Origin: Thermoproteota archaeon
Lineage (GTDB): Archaea > Korarchaeota > Korarchaeia > Korarchaeales > Korarchaeaceae
Reading direction: 5' to 3'
DNA: 64,000 nt
Assembly (NCBI GenBank): GCA_015522685.1
Contig: WALU01000049.1
Coordinates: forward strand, 22,441-86,440
The notes under the pieces are model-generated. The model was not told the DNA's origin and ran no database searches. It was given only the letters and a program-made list of their open reading frames with translations. Positions 40,321 to 50,324 of this stretch are shown here, piece after piece; position 1 is the stretch's first letter, and each line of letters begins with the position of its first letter. Made by a program: the position numbers and the translations under genes.

Positions 40321-40847
40321 CACCCAGGCCATCTCTCGGATGATACAAACTTAGCTAGAGCCATAAAGACCCCATGCACATATAAATCAGTCCTACTTAC
40401 CGCCCCTCTCGTGAAAAATCCTATAGCACCTTCTTCCCTCCTTATATTTGCTCTGCCACTTATTTCAGCCATGAGGTCTCCCAATTCCTTCCCCATGAGG
40501 AGCTTAGGAATGAAGCTTCTTGGACATTCAAACCAGCCGCTAGTTCCAGTGTTATAAACTCTATCCTTTCTCTCTATCCAGACGAACCCGGTACAGTAGT
40601 AGCGGCCGGCAAAATAGGATATTCCTCCTTCTATACCCACCCCGAAGTCGGCACCTGTCTTCATTAAAGAAGCTTTAGCCCTGTTCTTGGCTCCTTCTAC
40701 TACCAAAGGCCCAATAGGCTCTAGAGGTACTCTGCTATCTACCTTGACTCCTTCTACCTCAACGATCCAAAATTTAGAGAAAGCACGCTTGGTAGCTTCT
40801 ATTTTAACGGGGTTTGTGGAACCTACTGCAACCAACAACTTCTCCAT
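40320..40847 (-). CDS. yjjX: Inosine/xanthosine triphosphatase (YjjX/DUF84)
   Basis: [34 protein letters not shown]. Confidence 0.92.
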   Translation of the reverse strand: MEKLLVAVGSTNPVKIEATKRAFSKFWIVEVEGVKVDSRVPLEPIGPLVVEGAKNRAKASLMKTGADFGVGIEGGISYFAGRYYCTGFVWIERKDRVYNTGTSGWFECPRSFIPKLLMGKELGDLMAEISGRANIRREEGAIGFFTRGAVSRTDLYVHGVFMALAKFVSSERWPG

Positions 40848-40912
40848 CTCGGATCATAATCAATGTACACTTATACTTATTACTACGCACCTCATTAACT
40901 CCTGGTGATCAT

Positions 40913-41314
40913 CTGACAGGTGAGATAGAGGCCCAAGTAGAGGAATATCTCAATAAAATGAATGTGAAATACCGGAAGGAAGAAGGTGCAATCACTTCTC
41001 TTTGGAAGGTCGGAGATAAGGAGTATTGGGTTCTCGTATTCATCGGAGACGATTGGGTTGCTGTTAGAGCAACAATTTTGAGGAAAGATAAGGTTCCACA
41101 AAGCGTAGATTTCTTTAAGCAGCTGCTTAAAGCCCATTACAGCCTTGCGGAGGTGAGATATGACATGGATGAGGAGGGTAATATAGGATCAAGTAAAACA
41201 ATACCAGCTACAGGCCTTAATCAAGATATATTCTCAAGCGAGTTCAATTCTATTGTCTTCGCTATAGACTACTTCAGACAGGAGATAGCTTCTAGGTTTG
41301 AGATAAAACTCTAG
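40913..41314 (+). CDS. YbjN-like (type III secretion chaperone fold) protein
   Basis: FFKQLLKAHYSLAEVRYDMDEEG pattern. Start uncertain: CTG 40913 follows GGTGA; the first ATG is at 40958. Confidence 0.65.
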   Translation: MTGEIEAQVEEYLNKMNVKYRKEEGAITSLWKVGDKEYWVLVFIGDDWVAVRATILRKDKVPQSVDFFKQLLKAHYSLAEVRYDMDEEGNIGSSKTIPATGLNQDIFSSEFNSIVFAIDYFRQEIASRFEIKL

Positions 41315-41416
41315 ACTAATCTAAACTAAAATTATTTTCTTCACTTTCATTAGATCTTATCTCAAGGATTAACATTTATGGGTAGGGAACTAGTTCAAAG
41401 GATTTACCACTATCCT

Positions 41417-42430
41417 CTATCTTTCCTCTATAAACTCATCTACAGCCATTCCAAAATGTCTAGCCATTCTACCTTCGACGTATGCTAGTATCTTATCTCC
41501 AATCTTAGCTTCAGTGACTGATAAAGGAGTTCCATCAGGCCTCATTAGAGGAACAGTCTCTGCGAGCTGAAGAATTGCCCAACCTTCTTTTCCATTAGTC
41601 TTAGCCCTGATTAGGACTAAAGGCCTTCTTTCCATCTTAGCCCTTCCTGTGCTCATGACTCTTTTCCTGCCATCCTTGCTAACTGCTAATACCTCTACTC
41701 CAGACCTTATCTCGGATAGATACTTTGTCTTTTCATTCGGCATTAGTATATAGTTTGAAACAGCCCCAGCATTAACCCTGAACTCCCTAGGCGATGTGAA
41801 AGGCGATTCTAAATTCTCACTATGAACTAGGAGGAAGAAAGAAGCGGAACCGCCTACAAGCATTCCCTCCCCCTTTGAAAGGATTGAGGCCGTATCCACG
41901 CAAACCCGATCACCCATACCTACCTCTCTAACCTCAGTAACTTCTGCAGTGACTAGGTGTAGGGGAGTAGCCTCCTCAAGTATTCTCTTAGCCTCGCTTA
42001 ACTCACTTAAATCATGTATGGAGACCACCACTCCCTTTATTCCTCTTTCCAATACTCCCAAGAGGGATCTAGCTTCTTCAAGTGTGGTAGCAATAGCATA
42101 GATCCTATCCCCGCTGCCAAGGCTAGCAATTAAATTCTCTAAAGGAATTATCTTCCAGCCCTTGCTATCTATGAGTACATTCTCAGAAGTAGCAGCTTCC
42201 TCTACTATAGAAAGATCATCTGGACTCTTAATCCTGACTAATGTGAGATCCCCTTTAGAAGGCCATTCTTCCACTTTGACTAGAGATGAAGCATTAACTG
42301 AACCCTCTAAACTCTCCCTCGCTTCCTGACTTAAGGCCAGTATCTTAAAGCCCATCTTAGCAGCTTTCTCTATAATCAGATCGGGAGAGTTATCAGCCAG
42401 AATTATGAGTTCCTTGGACTCCGTAGACAT
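41417..42430 (-). CDS. aroB': 3-dehydroquinate synthase II (archaeal AroB')
   Basis: WKIIPLENLIA, GDRVCVDT, REFRVNAGAV, RHFG. Confidence 0.94.
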   Translation of the reverse strand: MSTESKELIILADNSPDLIIEKAAKMGFKILALSQEARESLEGSVNASSLVKVEEWPSKGDLTLVRIKSPDDLSIVEEAATSENVLIDSKGWKIIPLENLIASLGSGDRIYAIATTLEEARSLLGVLERGIKGVVVSIHDLSELSEAKRILEEATPLHLVTAEVTEVREVGMGDRVCVDTASILSKGEGMLVGGSASFFLLVHSENLESPFTSPREFRVNAGAVSNYILMPNEKTKYLSEIRSGVEVLAVSKDGRKRVMSTGRAKMERRPLVLIRAKTNGKEGWAILQLAETVPLMRPDGTPLSVTEAKIGDKILAYVEGRMARHFGMAVDEFIEER

Positions 42431-42732
42431 CGCATTAGCCTATAGAAATGAAGTAATTTAAGTTGAAGTGCGATTCTCTCTGCACTCCCAATATCTAGAA
42501 ATTGTTACATTAACTTGATGGATGCAAATTTCGTTCTACTTGGAGCTTCTCTCTGGCGGTGATTCTATTAGGCTAATAAAGAGCTTCTTAAAGCCCATCT
42601 TAGCAGCTTATAGTATTCTCCACATCTTCGATCTCACTGGACTGGATGGTATATATCTAGCCGGTATGGATATTATCCTAACAGGTGCCTGGTCCTTTTC
42701 CCAATTCCCTCACATAATTGTAAGGAGGAACT

Positions 42733-42978
42733 CTAGGCACTTCGATTAAGTATCTCCAAGAACTCTGGTTCTGCACGATACCTGGGCCTTTTCGACAGAA
42801 CCCTCGTTAGCTCCTCCTTTCTCGGTTTACTAATCTCTTCTCTCACTACCTTGACAGCGCATCCTCCGCAGTATCCAGCTCCACTACATAGTAGAGGAAA
42901 GACAATTATTCTGCTTATGATATTAGCAAGCAGTTCTCCTTCAGCTGCATCAGCCATATCAGCTGGGAGTATCTTCAT
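42733..42978 (-). pseudogene. 2Fe-2S ferredoxin-like N-terminal fragment (truncated)
   Basis: LLCSGAGYCGGCAVKV (Cx5Cx2C) without the distal RLAC cysteine; downstream sequence is disrupted. Confidence 0.55.
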
Positions 42979-43000
42979 CTCATCTTCACTTTAGACTTCT

Positions 43001-43945
43001 TTAGATTGATCTAACCACCTCCACTATTACTCTTAGTTTCCTTATAGCTGACTCATAAGCTTCTGGACCAGCTGATTTTAGACCACCGAATCCACAATCT
43101 CCACTTACTAAATCTACTCTTTCCTCGCCAAATCTCTCGATTATAGCCTTTAGAAATCGCCTGACTTCATCCTTGCTCTCCACCCTCAAGCTCTGAGCAC
43201 TGACAATTCCGGGTGAAATTATCTTACCACCTTCCTCCAACTTTTCCCTCGAGAACCTCTCCAAATTAGATCTGGAATTATAGAACTCATGGCTAAGATA
43301 TTTGAGAGGCAGTTTCATCAGCAGGTTTGCCAGTTTAGGAGACAGCTTACCGCATATATGGGTACCTCTCTTAGCTCTCACGTTAGAGAATACCTTCTCG
43401 TATGACTCTACTATATCTTCTTCAGTGTAATCGAATAAGATCCTTCTCCCTATTAAGAGATCGACTACTGGTTCATCAATGAATATATATCCAAAACCTT
43501 TAGAATTTATTTCTCTGGATATCTTGGCGACATATGGTACGAAAAATTCAAATAGATTCTTCTTATCCGCTACTAGTGAATTGAATATACCTCCTTCTTT
43601 TATCTCAACCCTGCTAGCGAGGGTAAATGGACCTGTTATAGGAAATCGTACTTTAGAAAGGTCGAAATTCATTTCTCCAGCGATACTGAGGAACCAATCA
43701 ACTTCCTCTATATTGATTTGAGGTTCTCCTCTTAGATCTATGGGCCTGTACTTCCCTCTCCCTATTGGTTCCAGGTACCCCATCTCAGCTAGGGGTTCAA
43801 GGTACATATCTGTAAAAAGCCTCAGTTGAGGTACTGGAGGTATGGTTATCCCGGCATCTAGCGTATCTAGGAAGGCCTTCCTCAGATTGTTTATTGAGTG
43901 ATCTAGAGGGTAACTGCCCACATGAGACGTCTCCACTTTCGACAC
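43001..43945 (-). CDS. metE: Cobalamin-independent methionine synthase-like protein (core catalytic domain)
   Basis: HVGSYP, ITGPFTLA, IDEP, Zn ligands HICG...E...DCGFG. Confidence 0.8.
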   Translation of the reverse strand: MSKVETSHVGSYPLDHSINNLRKAFLDTLDAGITIPPVPQLRLFTDMYLEPLAEMGYLEPIGRGKYRPIDLRGEPQINIEEVDWFLSIAGEMNFDLSKVRFPITGPFTLASRVEIKEGGIFNSLVADKKNLFEFFVPYVAKISREINSKGFGYIFIDEPVVDLLIGRRILFDYTEEDIVESYEKVFSNVRAKRGTHICGKLSPKLANLLMKLPLKYLSHEFYNSRSNLERFSREKLEEGGKIISPGIVSAQSLRVESKDEVRRFLKAIIERFGEERVDLVSGDCGFGGLKSAGPEAYESAIRKLRVIVEVVRSI

Positions 43946-44104
43946 CTATACTAGGTGATCCTCAGAGAATTAAGCATTGACCTCAATCTAGGTCTAAAAT
44001 CACCCAATTGCCTAACAGAATACTCTTGGGCCTGAGAGATGGCAGCTGTTATTTCGCCTTGCATGCACTCAAAGCTCTTATTTATCATGTACCATCGCCT
44101 AAAG

Positions 44105-44932
44105 ATGGTAGTAAATTCTAGAACGAAACTCACATGCCTTATCGGCCACCCCATCTCTCATTCCATTTCTCCACTGATACATAACACCTCTTACAGGGAT
44201 CTGGGATTGAATGCTATCTATCTAGCCTTCGATGTAATTGATTTGCCAAAGGCTTTAAGAGGCCTGGAAGAACTTGGAGCTATAGGCTGTAACATAACCA
44301 TACCTCATAAGGAGCTTGCTCAGGATCTTATGAGCTGGTTGAGTGATAGTGCTGAGCAAGTGGGAGCTGTGAATACCGTGAAGTTCGATGACGGTCTCTT
44401 AGGATATAATACTGATGTGAGTGGCGTGATCTATAGTCTCAACCTGTTCAACACAAGTCATTTTGATAGAGTCCTCCTATTAGGCGCCGGAGGAGCTGCA
44501 AGATCCGTTTTAGCCGGTATTTTCGGAAGAGCTAATAGGGTATATGTGACATCTAGAAGGATTAAAAGAGCTAGAGGAATCCTAAGCCTATGTAGCAGGC
44601 TGGGACTAGATGCTGAGGCCATCCACTGGGAAGAGAGAGAGAAGTATGTCGGGAAAGTAGATTTACTAGTTAATGCAACGCCGCTTGGAACTCTGAGTGA
44701 AGAGATTCCTATCAATCCAAAATTCCTCAAGCCAGGCTGTCACGTGTTCGACCTAGTTTACAATCCTCCTAAAACTCACCTAGTGAAGGAAGCTATTAGA
44801 ATGGGATGCGAGGCCGTAGGAGGAGTCCCTATGCTAATTAGGCAGGCCTCTGAGAGCGAGAAGATATGGTTTGGTGCTAATCCTAATGAGGAGATAATGA
44901 TGAGGGCTGCAATAGATTATCTAGGTGATTAA
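44105..44932 (+). CDS. aroE: Shikimate dehydrogenase
   Basis: GHPISHSISP, NITIPHK, GAVNT, NTD, GAGGAA. Confidence 0.95.
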   Translation: MVVNSRTKLTCLIGHPISHSISPLIHNTSYRDLGLNAIYLAFDVIDLPKALRGLEELGAIGCNITIPHKELAQDLMSWLSDSAEQVGAVNTVKFDDGLLGYNTDVSGVIYSLNLFNTSHFDRVLLLGAGGAARSVLAGIFGRANRVYVTSRRIKRARGILSLCSRLGLDAEAIHWEEREKYVGKVDLLVNATPLGTLSEEIPINPKFLKPGCHVFDLVYNPPKTHLVKEAIRMGCEAVGGVPMLIRQASESEKIWFGANPNEEIMMRAAIDYLGD

Positions 44933-45749
44933 AGTGAGGAAGATAAGGGTTAACGGTGCCATCACTGTAGTCAATGCCATAGCAAGCTGGAAGGGATCTG
45001 CTATAGGGATAGATTACGAGGTTTCAGCAACAGCAGAGGTATCGGATGATCTTCATGTGAGGCCAGATGATCTTCTCATTAGAGAAGCAGCGTCGCTAGC
45101 ACTCAAGGCCATAGGGGGAGAGGGTGCCTATGTCGAGGTTAAATCAGAGATACCGATAGGTTGGGGTCTGAAGAGCAGTAGTGCAGTAGCTAATGCCACA
45201 GTCTTGGCAATAATGTCCTTATATGGAGAAGTTAGCATGAAGAAAGCTTTAGAGATATCAGTAAGGGCCTCTAGGATGTCTGGAGTTAGCATCACGGGAG
45301 CTTTGGATGATGCGGCAGCCTCGATGCTTGGGGGTTTCGTCATAACTGATAACTTGAAGGATGAGATCCTCATGAGAGCTCCTTTAAAGGAGAGGAACGT
45401 GGTCATACTTTTACCTGATAGAGAGAAAGCAAAGCTAACAAGAGAACTTGACGCAAATATGATGAAACCCCTGGCTAATGTCGCAGAATCGATATTTGAT
45501 TTATTACCTAAGAGAGTATGGGAGGCCATGACCCTCAACGGCCTCCTCTACTCCTCAATATTAGGTTACGATCCCAGTCCCGCCTTGGATGCAGTGAAGC
45601 TAGGTGCTCTAGGAGCGGGTCTTTCTGGTACCGGTCCAGCAATAGCTGCCGTCTGTGATAAATGCGGTGAGATCGTCAGGAAGTGGTCCTCTTTAGGTAA
45701 AGTTGTAGTCAGGAGGATAACCAATGAGGCTGCCAGGTTCACTACATAG
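44925..45749 (+). CDS. aroK: Archaeal shikimate kinase (GHMP family)
   Basis: GAITVVNAIA, PIGWGLKSSSA, TGALDDA, LSGTGP. Confidence 0.93.
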   Translation: MIKVRKIRVNGAITVVNAIASWKGSAIGIDYEVSATAEVSDDLHVRPDDLLIREAASLALKAIGGEGAYVEVKSEIPIGWGLKSSSAVANATVLAIMSLYGEVSMKKALEISVRASRMSGVSITGALDDAAASMLGGFVITDNLKDEILMRAPLKERNVVILLPDREKAKLTRELDANMMKPLANVAESIFDLLPKRVWEAMTLNGLLYSSILGYDPSPALDAVKLGALGAGLSGTGPAIAAVCDKCGEIVRKWSSLGKVVVRRITNEAARFTT

Positions 45750-45829
45750 TCCATTAGGTATTTAGCTCCTCTATAATTGCTAAGAGATAAGGAGAATGTG
45801 CCGCAAATGCACCACTTATCCAACCAGCA

Positions 45830-47656
45830 TTAAAGAGACCTTAGTTCATTCCATCTAGCTAGATTAACTGTTTGTTTTATGAAATCTGGGAGCAGCTTAA
45901 AATACGTGCGCTTAGCGTATCTTTCATCTGCCATGATGAATATGCCTCCATCCTCCTCCGATCTTATTACCCTTCCAAGGGCTTGAGAGGCTCTTCTTAG
46001 CGCTGGAACTACATATGCTAGATATCTTCCCCTCCTTGTCCCATAAACTCTCTGACTATATTGGATAAAGAGCCTTGTCTTCGTTGTAAGACGATCGAAT
46101 GGTATTCCTAACAGCATTACTCCTTCCAGTTCCTCACCAGGGAAATCAGCTCCTTCAGCAAATCTGCCACCAGAAGGCGCAACTAGCAATCCTATCTTAC
46201 CCTGCTTGGGTAGCAGCTTAAACTCATCTAGCATATTACTGGCTTCATCACCAGGCATATCTTTCTTCTCAATAAAGAGATGGCAATTATGCCTACCTGA
46301 TAGCTCCTCTATACTTGGTAAGACCTCATCCTGAATTCTATAGCTTGCAGTGAATATGGCTAGATTCCTAGGAAGAGATAAAAAGGTATCTATGACTCTG
46401 AAATACCTCCCAACCATTTCTCGTGATAGTTCCTCCCCCTTTGTGCTCACTCCCTCTATTATAATACTTTTAACCTTATCTGGATCCGCCGTAGATGGAA
46501 CGCTCATTCTGGCACATTTTTCCACTCCTGTGGTCTCAGCAAAGGCATCTATTGGCTCAAGGGTCCCTGATATGAATATGACGGAGTGAAAGTCCTTCCA
46601 GATGGAAGCCAGTATGTCCCTAGCGCGCATATCCCATACTTCAAGCTTCACTCTCTCCTTATCTCTAGAATAGAGATAGGCTACCCCATCTTCTCCTTTT
46701 TTCTCCAAGGCTGCCACTAAGAAATCGGCTAGGGAGTTTAAGTAAGAACGAGGCTCCTTCCCCTCAATAATCCGATCCTTATATATATCATTAGCAAGCT
46801 TGTAAATGAATCTTATATCTTCTGGCGTGAAATCGGTGGAAGATAGGAGGTCTTCCAAGTAAAAGGTACCGTCCTTTGATGTTGTTACCTTCAGCATGAA
46901 ATTTGATAATCTCTCTATTTTCTCCCTAAGCCTATACTCATCATTTGGATCGTATTTCTCCGCCTCTCTAAGAGATCTTTCAACGGTAGTGGAGGTAATT
47001 GATTTACTATTCATTTCTATAGCGGCCCTATTTATATTATGGGCCTCATCGATGATGAGTATAGATTCCCTAAAGGGAATCTTCCTCCTTATAACCCATC
47101 CAAGCGGTGAGAGTATGTAGTTATAGCTCAGAGAAATGACATGGGAGTATTCTAGGAGAGCTATTTGTAGGAAGTAAGGGCATACCTTCATCTTTTTCGC
47201 TATTTCAAATATTTCAGAAAATGTAAGAGGCTCTGAAGGAATTAGTAGATCTCTCATTCTCTTTAGATTGCGATAATAGAGACATTTATCCCTCTTCATT
47301 CTGCAAAGCGTTCCAACTCCCTCATAGCTCTTAACATTAAGCTCCCTAGCCAGAAGGCACATATCTCTCTTTCCCCTGAAGGAGAGGCCAAAGACCCTTC
47401 TCTTCTTATTCACCATTGCCAGCTCTTCTATCGGTCTATCCGTCTCATTTCCGGTTCTAACAGTCCATATTATGGATCCTTTCATACCCTCTATGAGAGG
47501 GAGTAGAGCAGCGAGCACTACGGGAGTCTTCCCGAATCCGGTAGGCGCATGAAGGCAAAAATTCTTTCCCTCCTCTACGGCTGATCTTATGGATGCTATG
47601 GCCTCCTTTTGATAGTGACGAGGTTCGTAGGGAAAGTACTCTAGATCTGGATCCAT
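45830..47656 (-). CDS. xpd: XPD/Rad3 Fe-S DNA helicase
   Basis: APTGFGKT, Fe-S cysteines (DMC, LC, KC, CPYF), DEAHN, SGTL, QALGRVIR. Confidence 0.94.
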   Translation of the reverse strand: MDPDLEYFPYEPRHYQKEAIASIRSAVEEGKNFCLHAPTGFGKTPVVLAALLPLIEGMKGSIIWTVRTGNETDRPIEELAMVNKKRRVFGLSFRGKRDMCLLARELNVKSYEGVGTLCRMKRDKCLYYRNLKRMRDLLIPSEPLTFSEIFEIAKKMKVCPYFLQIALLEYSHVISLSYNYILSPLGWVIRRKIPFRESILIIDEAHNINRAAIEMNSKSITSTTVERSLREAEKYDPNDEYRLREKIERLSNFMLKVTTSKDGTFYLEDLLSSTDFTPEDIRFIYKLANDIYKDRIIEGKEPRSYLNSLADFLVAALEKKGEDGVAYLYSRDKERVKLEVWDMRARDILASIWKDFHSVIFISGTLEPIDAFAETTGVEKCARMSVPSTADPDKVKSIIIEGVSTKGEELSREMVGRYFRVIDTFLSLPRNLAIFTASYRIQDEVLPSIEELSGRHNCHLFIEKKDMPGDEASNMLDEFKLLPKQGKIGLLVAPSGGRFAEGADFPGEELEGVMLLGIPFDRLTTKTRLFIQYSQRVYGTRRGRYLAYVVPALRRASQALGRVIRSEEDGGIFIMADERYAKRTYFKLLPDFIKQTVNLARWNELRSL

Positions 47657-48254
47657 AATGATACCCTCATTCTGATGGTATTAAAGCGGTCTGATTCGTA
47701 CTATCATATAGACAGTTTGATATAAGGTCGCATCTAGTAGATCTTAGGCTGATGGCCTTCAAATCAATTTCTATCTGAACGATCTCATTCACATTCCGAT
47801 CAGTTAGCTAGCTGATGGAATTTATGTCTTCACAGGATATATGATTCTTATGTCCCTGTAGCTTAGGCTTAGCATGTAGACATCCTGACCCGGTATTTTC
47901 CTATTAGGATTTAGTAGAATAGGATAGAATAGAATAGAAATCAGCCATTACAAATATTCACTTAGGATATAAGATGCTTTGAGAGGAGGAGTATAGGGTC
48001 ATCCTATGAGCGATATCCATAAATAAAAGGAAAGATCTTGAAATACTTGGAAAACTAAGGTTCCAGTACTTCCTTTACTTTCACCGCAGGCCCTCAGCGC
48101 AAATGCTATCAAGGCTGGGAGAGAGAACATACTTTCTCCGCTTTTAAGGAAAGCTAACTTAGGTGAATTTATGGCTTATATCGTAGATAAAGAAATAGAA
48201 GTGAAGAAACTAGGATCTTTGGGTGTAGTAAGAAGGGCTACAGAAGTGATTTAA

Positions 48255-48788
48255 ATGGAGAAATGCGCAGTTTTTGACATAGATAATACACTTTTTGATG
48301 CAAGAGAGAGGTATAGAGTGGCCATAAGAAAGTTTAATGTTCTTTCTCCTAGAGAACTTCCTTTTGAATTACAGAAGGATTTTTGGAAGGACTTTATGAG
48401 TCCCGAGCTATTTCACTTAGATAAGCCTATCTCTAGATCAATAGAGATGATAATAGGTGCTAAGAAGAGGGGTCTGAGGATCGTTTTGGTAACTGGCAGG
48501 TATGAGTGGTTGAGAAGGGAGACCATCTTGCAGTTAATGTTAGCTGGAGCTCCCTCTGATGAGTTGTTGATGAGGCCCAGTGATAATTATCAGGAGGACA
48601 GAGAACTAAAGCCATTCCTGATAAAGGATCTAAAATGCGAGGTCGTAGAGTATCATGATGATGACTTAGGTGCTCTACTAGAGATGAGAAAAATGTTTCC
48701 TAATGCGTTATTGTTCTTGCATAAGCCTGATGGAACCTTTAATATACTTCCTTATGGAGATATGCCAAAGCGATCTCATCTTCTCTAG
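48255..48788 (+). CDS. HAD-superfamily acid phosphatase (PNK 3'-phosphatase-like)
   Basis: VFDIDNTL, LVTGR, LLMRP...K, YHDD. Confidence 0.82.
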   Translation: MEKCAVFDIDNTLFDARERYRVAIRKFNVLSPRELPFELQKDFWKDFMSPELFHLDKPISRSIEMIIGAKKRGLRIVLVTGRYEWLRRETILQLMLAGAPSDELLMRPSDNYQEDRELKPFLIKDLKCEVVEYHDDDLGALLEMRKMFPNALLFLHKPDGTFNILPYGDMPKRSHLL

Positions 48789-48929
48789 TTCATCGCTGAT
48801 CTTACGTGGCTAAGTATCTAGAGGATTATAACTGCCCCCGAGGATAGACGAGCAGGGTTTATAGCTACAATCCTTGAGGGATGTAGGCAGTAAGTAAAGT
48901 AAATTAGTTGGGAGATCTACATAAGAATC

Positions 48930-49469
48930 ATGAGAAAATCTAAGAGGTATCTCATTTGGGCTTTTATCCTGTTGATAGCTATTGCATCTCTTGCAGCATG
49001 CCCAGTCAATTTAGAGGAGGGAATATCATATGCTTCCAGCTGGGGAATACCAGTAACATTTGGAATATCAGCATTATTGATATCGATTAAGCTGAGATCT
49101 GCTGGTTTAGATACTTTGAAGCCTTTTGCTGCATTCACAGCGGCTTTCGGCTCTCCTTGGGTGGTAATCTTAACTATTTTTGCTTCGAATAGAGTTATCT
49201 TGGTTTTATATTATGAAGGAATAGGAAAGAACTATCTTCTAATGCTAATATCATGGTTTATTTATCTGGCCTTATCTTCTTATATAATAACATTTAATCA
49301 CAGTAGCGAGAAGATCATTGAGGTTTCATCCATTTATATGGTACTATCTGCCGCGATTCTATCTATACTTCCCATCTGTTCCGTTGAATGCTTAGTTTGC
49401 ATAGTTCCCGCTAGCTTGATCTCTATAGGGATTCTCGGAATAATAGTTGAACCTAGGAGGCTCATTTGA
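48930..49469 (+). CDS. Hypothetical integral membrane protein
   Basis: About six hydrophobic segments. Confidence 0.6.
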   Translation: MRKSKRYLIWAFILLIAIASLAACPVNLEEGISYASSWGIPVTFGISALLISIKLRSAGLDTLKPFAAFTAAFGSPWVVILTIFASNRVILVLYYEGIGKNYLLMLISWFIYLALSSYIITFNHSSEKIIEVSSIYMVLSAAILSILPICSVECLVCIVPASLISIGILGIIVEPRRLI

Positions 49470-49570
49470 TAGTAAAGTTAGAGGACCCTTCGTTCATTAA
49501 GGAGTATTTTTGGTTCAGCTCGAAGTTCTCTCATATTCTGTCTGTTATGAGTGCTAATAAAGTTAATTAT

Positions 49571-50272
49571 CTAATCTAATAGCTTATCTAGCCTTTTGAA
49601 GGCTTTATCTATCTCTTTTGGGGTTATAGAGAAGCCCTCAAACACGATGCTCTTCAGGACATCTAAAGGAGTTTCATCAAAGTACATATTCACTAGATTA
49701 ACTCCCTCGAGCTCTGCTACCTCTCCGGGCTCCCTCTCTTTAATTACATAGGTTTCGCTGTAGAGCTTTAATAATCCTGGAACAGTGATGGTACTCACTG
49801 ATAGAGCTAGAGGGTAGGTTCCGGCCTTATTTACTAGATACTTGGGAGTTACTCTATCAGCTCCTACAAGTCCAATAGCTCCAGATCTTTTAGCATACCA
49901 AGGCAGCAGAGCATCAATCACTAAAGTGATTGAGAATCCTTCTTCTCTGAGTATTTTAGCTGTCTCTATTCCTTCTAGGCCAGGACGTGATTCACTTATG
50001 ATCACTTTGCTGACACTCGATCTTTTCAGGCAGTTGATCACAGCGGAGCTTCTACTTAAAGTCGCTATTTTCTCAATATTCATGTCTGACAGAAGATTGG
50101 CACATGTTTTAGCTAGTTCTACCTTAGATTTCGTATAAAAGCTTTTTAATCTATTCAAGGATCCAGAGCATGCAGAATCTCTCAAATGCCCTAGTATGGA
50201 CATCTCTGGATGGGCCGTTAGCAATCTATTTGCATCTGAACATGGATCATTGCTTCTAGCTAATATACCCAA
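49571..50272 (-). CDS. eIF2B alpha/beta/delta-family protein
   Basis: TLSRSSAV, SESRPGLEG, VGADRV...VNKAGT, YFDETP. The frame stays open and conserved-looking up to 50335. Confidence 0.85.
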   Translation of the reverse strand: MGILARSNDPCSDANRLLTAHPEMSILGHLRDSACSGSLNRLKSFYTKSKVELAKTCANLLSDMNIEKIATLSRSSAVINCLKRSSVSKVIISESRPGLEGIETAKILREEGFSITLVIDALLPWYAKRSGAIGLVGADRVTPKYLVNKAGTYPLALSVSTITVPGLLKLYSETYVIKEREPGEVAELEGVNLVNMYFDETPLDVLKSIVFEGFSITPKEIDKAFKRLDKLLD

Positions 50273-50324
50273 AGCATCCTCAAATATCTCGAGAGAACCT
50301 CTTCTCTTATCCCTCAGGAGAGAA

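Noticed and set aside
47912-47940. (ATAGA)n-like short tandem repeat, and a similar tract near 16670-16695
   Set aside because: Too short and degenerate, with no spacer structure; not CRISPR, and more likely terminator-type low-complexity tracts.
48042-48254. Open frame ending at the HAD gene start (...LLRKANLGEFMAYIVDKEIEVKKLG...)
   Set aside because: There is no start codon for the full frame and no recognisable family; at most another relic.
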